Positions 24,201-37,082 of a stretch of 64,000 nucleotides of DNA are shown here, in pieces. The stretch spans positions 4,340,001 through 4,404,000 of the forward strand of contig NC_047020.1 in the NCBI RefSeq assembly GCF_902652985.1. Reading direction: 5' to 3'. The notes below the pieces were generated by a model. The model did no database searches. It saw nothing but the letters and a program-made list of their open reading frames with translations, and was not told the origin of the DNA. Within the stretch, counting starts at the first letter, position 1, and every line of letters begins with the position of its first letter. The position numbers were made by a program, and so were the translations under genes. The stretch comes from Pecten maximus (Eukaryota).

Positions 24201-26909
24201 CTATCAGTCATTTAATCATAATTATACGTATCATATAAAACATATTTGATAATAATTCACTTTATATGAAATACTTTATTACATTGTTTATGGTAACAAA
24301 CAATAATGTTATTGAATATTATGTGTTATAATATACACTTTGATTGTTCAAATCGAACAAAAGCTTAAAGATTACATACTGCAGTTTCTTAAACTTTGCG
24401 AAGGAAAAAATGCTTAATTGAAATAAGTTTTTAGGTGAAAATCGCAAATAGACGAAATCACCCGATTATAAAAGTGCCTGTCGGATTTACCATGTGACAC
24501 ATCACTTGGCAATAGCGATTGTTAAATGATGGAGTAAAAAATGATATTATCGTTGTTACAGAGGAAGTAGCGTGTGCTGATCCGGAAACGTGCAGTAGAG
24601 TTTGTGGTAATCCTGCTGGCTGTTCCAATATGGCTTATCCATTGATGGTATTGCGATTTCTCCCTTCGGGTATGCCATGTATAACAACAACATAAATCCT
24701 AATAAATTACATTTATTTAAAGATATGCATCACATGGTTTCTTAAGTATGTGTAATTAACATTTGTGACCGATAACCTTGTATGGTAATCAGATAAATAT
24801 TTCATCAAAATGTAAAGAGATCGAAAAGTATATTTGTACATAGATATGTCACATAGATATCATAACAGTAGTCATAGGCAGACTGTTGATATATAAAACC
24901 ATCTTTAAAAAATTGGTTGATGAAAAAGTTTTGAGTCTTACCATACATAAAGGACTTCGTGGATTGATGTTGGCTGCCCTGATCGCTGCTCTGATGAGTT
25001 CAATGACGTCTATCCTAAATAGTGCCAGTTCCATAGTGACGTTGGATATCTGGTGCGTCGCACGAAAGAGGGCTTCAGAAATGGAACTGATGATAGTGGG
25101 GAGGATAACTGTGCTTGTGTTGGTAGCCACCAGCATTTTGTGGTTGCCTATCCTTGAGAAGGTCCAGGGTGGAATGTTCTGGTTTTATATGCAGTCTATC
25201 CGTTCCTATCTAATACCACCTTGGTGTATTTTATTTATGCTTGGGGTTTTCTGGAAAAGGACTACAGAGGCGGTAATTGACCGAATGTTTACTCATAACG
25301 ATATGAAATATATATAATTATTTACTACAAATGCCAAAAAAATCATTCTCTTTGAATTACATTTCTGAACTTTATTTCGAGTCAATAAATGTCAAGGTTC
25401 CATACTTTTTTTCTAGACAAAATAACAAATGACAAAATATTCTGGAAAACCAGTGGCACAATGTAAAGTAGCAAGTTGTTTAGCTACTTATGTTTTCCTT
25501 GTAGGGCGGATTCTGGGGACTGATTTTGAGTCTTGTAGTAGGGATTGTTCGGATGGTGTTGGACTTTACGTTTACTTCGCCTTTGTGTGGGAGTGGCAAG
25601 CCAGACGAACGACCTTCAGTGATTGCTAACGTCGACTTCCTTCATTTTGCAATAATTTTAGCTGTGTTTACAACTATATGTATGGTAGTCATTAGCCTTC
25701 AAACAGAGCCGCGTCCTGGCAGAAAGGTGATGCAAAAATAGCTATTGTATATGATTGTATATGTATATGATAGCTTATGTATATTGATTTGTTTATTTGA
25801 TATCACATACACACATACATATATATCATTAAAACAGAACCATGTCATTAATTACGATTTACTTAAAGGATTTTGGCTTCCAGCAACGCCCATCTTCTTG
25901 CAAAATGCTAACACAAGAAATGTCAGCTATTTCAATTGACAATTGCTACTGTATTGGTTTAAAACAATCTCTGTAAATAGTCAGTTTACGGGTTAGATAG
26001 CAACACCATAAATGATCTCAGTAGAGACGTATCACTATGTTCTTATTCATGAACCTTAAATGCTAATACTTACACATAACACCATAAAACATGCGCTGCT
26101 GTTAACAGCTGAGACGAGTAACATGGTGGACCCGTCACGACAAACAACTGCCAGATCCTGACACTGACGAGGAAGAGGAGGAAGAAAGCCAGAACGAACC
26201 GAGAGAAAGGGGACGAATGATAGATTCGAACCAGATAGAAGAGGAAACAATTGGCGATAATACGTTTGGAATACAACTACCTGAATCTGAAGGTAAGCTT
26301 ACGCATACAATATGTACCAACAGGTAAAAACCCGAGCCTACTTCATTCGCGATGAAGGTATTACATACATACACGTAAAGAATGAAATGTTTACATTCAT
26401 TTTACTATCAATTCACAATTGGAACGATTATTATTGAAGCCGGAAAATCCCAATGGCTATCCACTCTTCAGTCTCTCCTGCCAAAATGATGATTAGAAGC
26501 GCTTCATTAACTGAATTGAAATAGACTGTATGCTTGCACTTGATTTTTGATTACACAATAAATGAGAACTCTTCCAGGGTATATTTCACTCGGAATAATT
26601 CACTGAAATGACAGAAGGTTATGTGATAAAACAGGCTTTGATAGCAGATGTTGCGATTCTATCGTCAGATATAATTTATTTTACTTTATTACAGCCACAG
26701 CTAACAGATGTAAAACAGTCTGTATGAAGTGGATATGTGGGACTACAGGAGAAAATGCTAACCAAAGTGCCTGGGAAGCGGAGGACATACGCAAACAACA
26801 AGAGAAAGATCAGTCGCTAGACGAAAACCCTTTTTGGAGACGTGTTTTAAATATATCTGCCGTGATTATTATTATCACCACAACAGTTCTTATTGCATAT
26901 TTCAATTAA
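18254..26909 (+). CDS. SLC5/SSS family sodium:solute symporter (SGLT/SLC5A9-11-like), copy A, 14 coding exons, 668 aa
   Basis: Exons 18254-18331, 19481-19552, 20089-20193, 20442-20501, 20655-20759, 21016-21121, 22618-22698, 22947-23161, 23969-24104, 24562-24669, 24953-25272, 25505-25726, 26109-26292, 26695-26909. All introns GT-AG, phases consistent, 2007 nt in total. Family motifs: [101 protein letters not shown], acidic loop before the last TM. Confidence 0.95.
18870..19488 (+). repeat. ~34-bp minisatellite (~18 copies) made of the exon-2 splice acceptor of SLC5 copy A
   Basis: Unit TATCATCATTTTGTATTATATTACAG|TCTACCTG; the last copy runs into exon 2 (TCTACCTGTCGT). Confidence 0.97.
21100..22302 (+). 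repeat. 40-bp minisatellite (~30 copies) made of the exon-6 end + splice donor of SLC5 copy A
   Basis: Unit ACAGCAGTGTACACCATTGTAG|GTAAGGAGTCCTATTATC versus the real junction ACAGCGGTGTACACTATTGTAG|GTAAGGA. Confidence 0.97.
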
Positions 26910-29729
26910 ATTTACATTGACGATACCAACTTTTGCAGATATTGACAGTTATTAAGTATGGACTTTTGGGATGGTTATATATAATATATTGAATAACTTT
27001 GGCAGATATTGACAATGATGAAATATGGACTTTTGAGACGGTTATATATAAGATCTTAAATACGTTTATTTCATGTGAGATTTTATGAAACAAATTTCCG
27101 AAAATGCATTATCATTATTACTATTGTGACCAAAGGGAAGCAAAAAATCAAGACAATTTTCATAAAACCTTGTACGAAATGAAAACAGAATCAGGAAACG
27201 TTTTTATCACATAGGTCATTATAAAAACAAATGAAAATAAATGAATTGATTAATAAAGAAAGATGTTTCATTATTTTAATATATTTTATCATTGATTTTT
27301 ATATAAAAAAACATGTTTCAAAACATAGACGCGCTGTTATATTGACAGCCGTCAAGATAACACTGTGATTTTACACAAAACGATAAAAATATAAAACCCT
27401 TACTCCAAACCAAATCCGATTATTATTCAAATAATTATATCAGAATATATGTTGGATGATATTATCAAAATACTGATATTCATATAGGAATTATTGTCAG
27501 CAGCATGTTGTTAGCAAGCACAATATAAAACAGAAGTGACACAACATAGTCTAGAATGTTAAAATATATGTGTGGTTATATGTATTGGGACAGAGGGACA
27601 GGTACTTTGTAATGTTAGTTCTTTACCTACCTCTACCTTATACGTGTTTCCAGGAAGGGCTGGGACATCGCCTACAAAACTTAATAGGATATGAAAAGGA
27701 AAAGTTTTCCAGTCGAGCGTCAGACCAACGTTTTGGTACGGTTCGTAAGAGTTATCTCCCTGTGAGCACCGATACATATATGCTAATGTAATCAGAAGCC
27801 ATGTTGGTCTCTTACACCAGGAAATCTACAGAAAAATGTGATGAAATGTAATGGTGGTATCCTCTTTATGTGATAAAAAGAAAAACGACAATAAATTATG
27901 TCATCATTTTTATTTCTCGCATGCACACATTTTAATTTACACCTCTTTACACATAAATCATTTTAGTACAATAATGTCGCTTTTTCATCTTTATTTTGAA
28001 ATAATCGCATTTATGAAATACTGCATGTTTTCTCCAAATAGTCTAGTTATCGAGAAATAAAGCATTGACATGTAGAAAAGGTTCGTAACAAAGCAAATGA
28101 TGTCACTTTTTATGACCAGCCATTCATTATTTCCTGATAATGTCGTATACCATTTATTGGTTTAAAAAAAAACCACGAAACACTAAATGTTGGCTTTGTT
28201 GTCTTTTCTCACAGAGAAGAAATAAATACAATATTTTGCAGTGCGTGTTAACATCACTTTGTACTTTGAGTCTAAAACAATCCACCCAGGTACCAACAAG
28301 GAATGTTAATTTCGTAATAAAAACGGAGAAATTTACAGGGAAACAAGATTGTAATTATAACTAAGATTAGTGAAATCAACACGGGAACTAAATCGTAACT
28401 ACAACTTAGAATAGACAAATCGGTATCAATGTATAACACTGATTAACATAATATAAAAAATAGCATACGTCTTTGGTGTATTTCCTGACAGATAACAAAA
28501 TTGTACGAATTACAACATTTTTATTACATTTTAGCAGCAACGAAAACATAAATTGGGGAATAGCGTATATTCAGACAAGTAAACACTCGATACAAAAGAC
28601 CAGATTACCAGTAAAACATAAGTAAAACATACCAACATACCACTTTTACATTTTAGCAGCAAAGAAAACATAAATTGATGAGAAACGTGTATTTTGACCA
28701 ATACATGAATACAATAGACAAGAAGACTACCAGTAAAACATACCAATATATTATCCAGACTCGTGCGTAGTATCACTGAAGGTCATATTAAAGAGGCTAA
28801 CCACCTCCAACGTATACTGCACTACTTGTGTAATATATCCTATCAAATCGTTTTGATGACTGAAAAAATACGTACCAAATATAGGACGGAGGACGATAAA
28901 TGTCCTTGGGATGACTTTCAAGGGTGGTAATATCGTTACGTTTGTAAGATTTCAAATCTCATTAAAGTATACAACAGCTCAATTCTGCTCTCATTTGATC
29001 ATAATAACTCTTTGTCGGAGATTGAATATGGGGCTCATTTTACCACAATAAGGCTTCATATTGACATCCAAACGAAAATAAATTGAAATGTAAATTTTAA
29101 TCTAGACAATTATTAAAATTGTTGAGATAAAACATATTATACATTAATATACATAACATTGCAAGTAATCGACAATAGAAAAACAGGTATGATGTATTTC
29201 AATCAAATTGTACAATAATTCAACATCAAAATTCGAATACAAAACATAAATACATTTTTTTGTTATTATTAGATTGTTAACGCAATATATTAGAGGTCGT
29301 TAACATATTTGTATTCGATGCTATTCAAATTCTACATATTTTATACAATTTCATAAAGCGCATGGAAAAAAAAATATCCAAATTCCTCAAGCTTGTTGTT
29401 CGTTTAAACATTCCGATAACAGATTTTGCTGTTGTTGAATTGTGATTTTAAATGAATTAGGGAATTTCCCTCTGGTTATTCAAAAGGTACGCTTCAAATG
29501 CACTGGAGCGTGACGATTGACATTTACCCCCGAGGCCTACCTGAGCGGTGATTGCCCGGATTTTAATGTCTCGTCGTGTTTACATGCCCCTCTCCGATAT
29601 GTAAAATTTAGAGGATAGCTAAATTGCCTCCACCTATTCATTGTCACAATATGTGTGTGTGTGTGGTTGACCGTTGATGCTTCTCTGGTGTTTAGCAGAA
29701 GCGGGAAGACGACTGAGAATCTGGTCGAG

Positions 29730-31857
29730 ATGACGGAAACACTTGGCTGGGGAGACTACCTGACAATCGGCATATACTTCGCAGTTGTGATAGTCGTAGG
29801 GATCCTGGTACGGTATAATTACTCTCTTAACAGTACATTTAAACATTGGAACAAGATGCATTCAACCTATGTATCCATCATATCCATAACCATGCATTGT
29901 GTTACCCAGGACATGTATGACTACCATATAATTTTTATTGTTCGTCAGCCTGATGCTTCCGTTTGTTTATATTGTCGGCCCTGAATTATTAAATACGGTT
30001 TTTACTTTAATGTTACAATATAGCTAGTTGTTGCAGTTAATATTGACAGCAATTTTCCTGTGGTCTTCTGTTAAGGCTTTAATTATTTGTCAATAATCTT
30101 GTGAAAAGCACATTTACACCCTTTACGTGATCGTGCATGCTTAATTTTCATTACAATTTCCTTCTGTTAGGTAAGATTGCCGAGAACGTTTACACTGACT
30201 GGTACCAATGTAAGCCGGATTTTCGAACACTGTGCTAGTACGTCTTATTGTTAGGGTATTTACGGCTTGTGGTAGGGCAAGCGCTCTGGGCGATTTAAAA
30301 CACTATTATTGAGTGTACGAGGACTGACAAAATCTAGAAAGGTGTCAAATTATGGGGCTAGGTCCGTTGCATCTATCAATGGGCTTAAACAGCTCTAAGT
30401 CTTCTTTTTTTTCAAAAATATTGCAAAAGAAGACATTTTGGAGAAACATTAAGTCGGGAGGTAGTAGGTCAAAAATTCAACTCTCACGATATAGCGTTAG
30501 ATAGAGAAGGTGTTCCCATTACCTCACTCATACAGCCTTTGATGGGGGGTGCATTGAGAACATTTTAAAGCAAATAGAGAATTATAGAAAACTATTTCCA
30601 TGACAACAATTGTTTTTTCTTCTCTGGCTACTACGTTCTTGTACCCTATTTTGTTATTTGTTTAACAATAGACACCGGTCCCAATAAAACCTCATAAAAA
30701 TATTTACCTGGTCGATGTGAGGACTGTGAACTCCAAGCGATTGGTCAGCCACATACATTGTCAACAGGACGATGGAAAATTGGTCTGGCCGATATTAAGT
30801 ACAGATAGTTGAGTCACATTTGGAAGAGGAATGCCCTATGTACTGATGAACTGATCAACTATTGTACATAATATACCTGTGTACTATTTCGTTACAGTCA
30901 ACATGCCGCCCAAACAGAGGAAGTTCACAGGGCTATTTCCTAGCCGGAAAAGACATGCACTGGATACCAGTATGTCATTTGTATAAAAATAATTATAGGT
31001 CACAATTGATAATGTATAGCCTACTATTTAAACTCATTCTTCACCATACACCACTTTCCGGTTACAATAACACTTTTGAGCATATTTTGGAGAACTAAGA
31101 GGTGATGTGACTCATGTCATTTTTTATAATGTATACCATTTATAACATTTTATCAACTGCATTATCTATACAGCCTATTCAGAGACGTTTACCACCGGTT
31201 AAATATAATTGATTTGTTGTGATATTATATTAAGATTTGCATTTCCTCGTTTATTAGATTGGAGCATCCATATATGCCAGTAACATTGGCGCCCCGATGT
31301 TTATAGGTCTAGCAGGTTCAGCAGCAGCCTCCGGACTAGCCGTCACCATTTACGAATGGCATGTATGTACTATCACAAAGATGCCTTGACAAACATGGTC
31401 GGAAGAAGAAAAGACATGTAATATTAAACTATCTAATATTTAACATAAGTTTTTAAAACATAATGAAGGTATACTGTATGATCCCGGCTGTTAAATGATG
31501 TGCTTTACACATAACACATAAACATCACTAACGGATCCTATCTTTTCAAGGATACACGTTTTTAATATAGAATATGTTTTAAAGCTGCAATCTGAATATT
31601 GCTTTGTCATTGTAGCATGTATTCACCTGGTAATTTTCTCTTTATATAGTTGAGTTGATAACGAAATGTATGGTATTTTTAATCAACTAAACCTCAAATT
31701 GTTTTGTAACATGTATATGACAGTGAGAATATAATGCGTTTTGATTTTCTGAAGTTTTACAATTTCATATGTATATGAATTTGATTTCTATTACCAGGCT
31801 GCCTTCTTCCTCATCGCTCTGGGCTGGATATTTGTGCCCGTGTACGTGTCCTGTGGG
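29730..31857 (+). CDS. SLC5 symporter copy B, 5' part (exons 1-4), truncated by assembly gap
   Basis: Exons 29730-29807 ([26 protein letters not shown]), 30898-30969 ([24 protein letters not shown]), 31258-31362 ([20 protein letters not shown]...YEWH), 31798-31857. Same sizes as copy A (78/72/105/60), intact splice sites. Confidence 0.92.
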
Positions 31858-32227
31858 GTAGGTATTATTGGCTTTTATTAATAAAACTGTATAAATGAAG
31901 AACACAACACGACAATAGTATACACCGAATAAACTGTAGTAATCTTATAGCTAGATATCACTGTTATTTATTCCTTTAAAAACTGATGATCTGCATATCA
32001 AAGCTATTTCTGGGTTAGAGTAATTACCAATGATGCATGATAAATACTTGGAAAAAATGTTGATTTATTTCTCAGCCGTGAGTTATCGGTCAATCAACAG
32101 ATACATTTCTTTACTAATGTTTCTGATTTCCATACAATGACAATTAAATTTACATGTGGTGTTTTATAATTGGGTATGTGTACAATCAATAAACACGTGC
32201 AGAGTTCAGCATTCATTCTAAAGGAGG

Positions 32228-32727
32228 NNNNNNNNNNNNNNNNNNNNNNNNNNNNNNNNNNNNNNNNNNNNNNNNNNNNNNNNNNNNNNNNNNNNNNNNN
32301 NNNNNNNNNNNNNNNNNNNNNNNNNNNNNNNNNNNNNNNNNNNNNNNNNNNNNNNNNNNNNNNNNNNNNNNNNNNNNNNNNNNNNNNNNNNNNNNNNNNN
32401 NNNNNNNNNNNNNNNNNNNNNNNNNNNNNNNNNNNNNNNNNNNNNNNNNNNNNNNNNNNNNNNNNNNNNNNNNNNNNNNNNNNNNNNNNNNNNNNNNNNN
32501 NNNNNNNNNNNNNNNNNNNNNNNNNNNNNNNNNNNNNNNNNNNNNNNNNNNNNNNNNNNNNNNNNNNNNNNNNNNNNNNNNNNNNNNNNNNNNNNNNNNN
32601 NNNNNNNNNNNNNNNNNNNNNNNNNNNNNNNNNNNNNNNNNNNNNNNNNNNNNNNNNNNNNNNNNNNNNNNNNNNNNNNNNNNNNNNNNNNNNNNNNNNN
32701 NNNNNNNNNNNNNNNNNNNNNNNNNNN
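32228..32727. other. Assembly gap (500 N), followed by ~160 bp of homopolymer-rich, low-quality-looking sequence
   Basis: Run of N; 32728-32886 is made of inflated T/A/C runs typical of a poor contig end. Confidence 0.98.
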
Positions 32728-32949
32728 TTTTTTTTAAATTTTTTAAAAAACTTGTAAATTTTTCTTAAATTTTAAACAAACAAAAAAACCCCCCAAAATT
32801 AAAAATTAAAACTTTTTTAAAATTTTCCCGGGTTTTAAAGGCCCTTGGAAAAAACTAAAACCCCCCCCTACAAAAAAAAAGGCCAATCAAACAAGACTGA
32901 CAGGTACCTGATACTTATACCAGATAAACATAATGATGTCAGAACTGAC

Positions 32950-34696
32950 CTGATCCTGACACCAGACGTACATGCCTAAGGTAGACAGTCCCAGTAGAGC
33001 ACCTGGCCAGGGGATGTCACCCGTGACAGCGTCACGTACGATATGGAATGAATCCTGTCGGGGTAACCCACAGGAGTATAACGAGGTGTTGGTGAGTGTG
33101 TAATTAGCCGCTGACGTCATGAACTTGTCATGTAATGCTCCCCAGCCACCGACATCTACCCATGCTGAAAATAATCATTAATAGCCACCATTAACCAATA
33201 AAACCGTTCTATTGCAGATGCTTGACACTAATGGATATATGTATAACGTCCTGCTATATAAATAGATTCATCTTCACAGTATTTTACATAATTACAGTAA
33301 GTCATTCATTATGCATATATTTCTGGCATTGGAGAAAACCGATTGACAGATATAAACGTATATCATCTTCTAATATTAAAAATGTTGCGAACTTTTTTAA
33401 TTACGTCATACCAACATAGATATAACCTGTTTGCATTTGATATCAGAATAAACCAGTGGACAAGTCTGCATAAAAACCACGTACAAGTAACGAAGAGAAT
33501 GGTAGCACCAACAATGAGCACGACTGTCTGTAACGTATCGGTGTAAATGACAGCTGCTAGACCACCTGTAATGAAAATGGATGAGAAGGTTCGCCATGTC
33601 AATAGAAAAACGTCATTAAAGTACATGTAAATATAATACAGACGTCACATTGGTATTCAAACCGTAGAGAAAACAGAATGAAGAAACTATTTCATCCCAA
33701 TTAGTCTGGTTATTTATGATTTACACTACAAATCATGACATTGCAAGTGCAGAAATTTTCACGTTCATAACATATGTGCTATCTACATAACGTATCATTT
33801 ATCGAATTATCATAGTTGTACAAATTCTTTGTCATCAGATAATTAAGTCATATGAAACAACGATGAGAAAGTCAGGTTATATGGCCTAGAACATAATAAA
33901 TAAATGCATAATATGTTTCAATTCTTTGTAAGATTTCCGGACTACTAAAGGGAAACAACTACGGCAGTTTACGTGCGTTAAGAAACTGTAACAATTGAGA
34001 ATATTCTTCTTTTCGTAAAACATATCGGTGAAATATTGTTTGATTCAATACATGTTTCTAATTTTGTATACTGTTGTTTGACAAAGTTCTAATTAATAAT
34101 TTTAGATTCAATTTACGTTTTATAGTAAATACATCTTACGAAAATGTGACACATACTGTTAACATTGTATTTCTAAGTTGTATATATATGTAAACGTATC
34201 ATGTTACACCAGATATATCAATAAAAATAATGTTCAATTATAATGCAAAGTAAATTCAAGCCTGTCAGTGAACACATCAATAAATGTAATATGAATGGAC
34301 ATACACTTAATTACCTAATTATAATCCGTACCTGCCTGCGCATACATAAGTGAATTAAAATATGCGTGGACACGACATCTCATTCAACTCAATGCCCTCT
34401 ATTTGATGTTGTCTTATTTGGTGCTTGGTACATCTTTAAAATTCTTGGTTTTGTATCATTTCACAATCTATCAATTTCAAGGCAGAATAAAATATGATAA
34501 TGCATGTGAAACCCCGCTTATCCTCGTTTTATCCTGAACTACGTTGTCGTAGGGAGATCAGTGGACCTAAAGATATTTGAAATACATTACCGACAATGGT
34601 GAACACAGCTGTCACGGAGAGTATGATGACGACACTAAGGTAGAGGTTCCAACCTAGGATTTGTTGCAAAAACATAGCACCAGTAAAGATTTCAAT
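32950..34696 (-). CDS. SLC5 symporter exons 6-8 in inverted orientation (probably copy B; partial)
   Basis: Minus-strand exons 34696-34591 (IEIFTGAMFLQQILGWNLYLSVVIILSVTAVFTIV, 106 nt), 33565-33485 ([14 protein letters not shown], 81 nt), 33164-32950 (...[24 protein letters not shown], 215 nt). GT-AG sites intact, no stops. Confidence 0.9.
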
Positions 34697-36949
34697 CTGA
34701 AACAAAACGTGGGTGTAAGGATAGACTGAGAGAAGAAACAAAAAGATTAAGGAAATTTGCCTATGACAATAATTCCTGATGATGTTGAATATGATAAGAC
34801 AAATGGCGATAGACGAAAATACATAACAAAGAAAAGACGATGATTTGTAATAAATGTGTCATGTGCTGGAGAGACCTTTCATTCAGACATCGCCATGGTG
34901 TCAAATCTTAGACAATAAATAATGTGGAAATGAGATGAAAAGTAAAAAAGAAACCAAATTCGGACTTAAAGGGAGTGATCGACATTTCAAATAAGAATAG
35001 TAGAAATATACACAAAGGCTTATTAAGATACTCTAAGATTAGTAGAAATATACAAATTTAGAAAGATAACTGTTAAAAATACACCATTGATTCCTTTCAG
35101 GAAAAGTATTTTGAAAATAAGTGTTGAAACTTTCTGAATGAACGTATAATTTTAAGTTTTGTGAAATTATACCTTATGTCTATTTTGATTGGTGCAAATT
35201 TATACCGAATCCTGATTTGTATGGATGATTTGGTTGTAATATTTAACTAATGAAAATAAAATCGATGCGAAAGTATGGCTTACTTATTCAAACAAATACT
35301 AAGTTAGTTAATTTTCTAATTTTCAAAAGACACAAATCACTACCCGACAAAATATAGGTCGTTTTAAACGAAAGCTTATCATCTATTTTAGATGCACGAC
35401 TCATATTCTCTGTATTATATTTGTAAATGATATTATTTTACAAAACGAAATATTAGTTTGAAAGTCAGTGTGTCGGTGTAATTTATTAATAGGTAACTTG
35501 TTTAAATAACTCCGCTCAAAATATTCGAAGACGACACCGTCATCGCGAAGTCGAACGTCACCGCTGAATATTAGACTAATCATTGTCATATTCAATTATC
35601 AGTCCTTTCCTGGATTTCTTAGGTACGCTATTACTGGTTATTATGATGTTAAATGTTCATTCTGAGATTTATTCATTCAAGACATCGTGCATTTCAACAA
35701 ATATTTCGGAAACCGAGCTGGAGTGTGAAGCAATAGGCCTATGCAGTTTACGTTAGTCCATGTGTTTACACGAAATATCATCAGTTTCAGAGACACAGAG
35801 TATAAGAGTTTACTGACATGAGACAAATGTTCCAAGATGATTTTTACATTTTTGTGTTTGGGATAAATATATTCGTAAGTGAAATGATAAGAAAGTGTTT
35901 ATTCGTTGATTTTTGTCTACAATATCCGTACCAAATGATATCGAACTAGAAAAAGGTAAGCTGCCTAACAGTAACAGTTACGTTAGATGCTGCGGCCGTT
36001 TCATTCAAATGACTACTATTAAAGACAGCGATTAAACCATTTTGTATTACATGTGTTCATTATTTTGATAATTCATTCACGGCTCTCGGGGTCCACTGCA
36101 TATCTAGAACAAGGGGGGGAGGGGAGGTCATTTTGGTTCGCTAGGCCCATCGATGTAATATCTCGCTTCCGTGCGTCGTCTATTTTACCATCATCAAATT
36201 ATATTTCGTACGACTCAAACCCCAGATTAATCGACATTTCCATGAGGACACCCCTCTCATCCAGTTATGCTAATGTTGAGCACCGACAACTCCAAAAAAT
36301 ATGTACATGCTGATCTTTTGAAGACAGACGAGAAAAAAAAGATAAGTGAGAGTAGTAAAAATAGTCCATGGTCAAAGGCAAGAGGTTAGCCAATCAGATT
36401 TGTTGGAGGTCACAAATGACCAATCGGAGGCTTAGAAAGTGGTTACACACTGCGGTGTGTAAACAAAAACAATAACACACTGCTACGAATTTTATCACGT
36501 GAAATATCAGTTGTGAAACATGCGTAGTTATGGGATCAATCTCCATATATGCTGACCCCACCAAAATATCAACATGCAATCACCGAGACGTTTTATTTAC
36601 ATGTTTATTGTTACTGATCAAATTTAATCCGTCAAATATATAGACAACTTTTACACATTAGACGAAACGTATTTATTTTGCATACTCATTATTTCATTAA
36701 ATGATTACCTTGACATCTGTTTCATAGTATTAACGGGTAAATAACAAAAAGAAATTAATTAATAAAAATATGTTTTATCAGTTATTTTCATCAAGCAAAT
36801 TATAATTCAACAACATGTGGTTATCTAATTACCCTACATAATGCAATATGGTATGATTAATTCCTAATGTACTTACCCATACAGTTCTGTTGTAGTATAT
36901 TCTAATTTACTACGGAAAGCTACCCGATTGTTTATGACGCGGGTTAGAA

Positions 36950-37082
36950 TTGCTCGTATAAATTGGAGGACAGCTGAGGTATTTCGACCTATTCTTAGTC
37001 GCAATACGTGTGTGTTTAGTTGAACGTTGATGCACCGCTGCTGTTTGGAAGAAGCGGGAAGACAACTGAGAATCTAGTCGGG
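36950..37082 (+). promoter_or_regulatory. Putative core promoter/5'UTR of SLC5 copy C, conserved with copy B (29600-29729)
   Basis: TATAAATTGGAGGACAGCT...ACCTATTCTTAGTCGCAATACGTGTGTG aligns with B TAAAATTTAGAGGATAGCT...ACCTATTCATTGTCACAATATGTGTGTG. TATA-like box ~35 nt before an Inr-like TTAGTC. Copy A shares TACGTGTGTG...TTGACC. Confidence 0.5.

Noticed and set aside
28524-28750. Two-copy ~120-bp tandem duplication (and a ~67-bp duplication at 26930-27055)
   Set aside because: Ordinary degenerate local duplications, not at splice junctions and with no evident function.
32170-32757. 195-aa ORF
   Set aside because: Artefact of reading through the N gap.
34770-34830. Minus-strand YVFSSIAICLIIFNII as a possible exon 5 of the inverted copy
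   Set aside because: Lacks the conserved [12 protein letters not shown] half and suitable splice sites; probably chance similarity.
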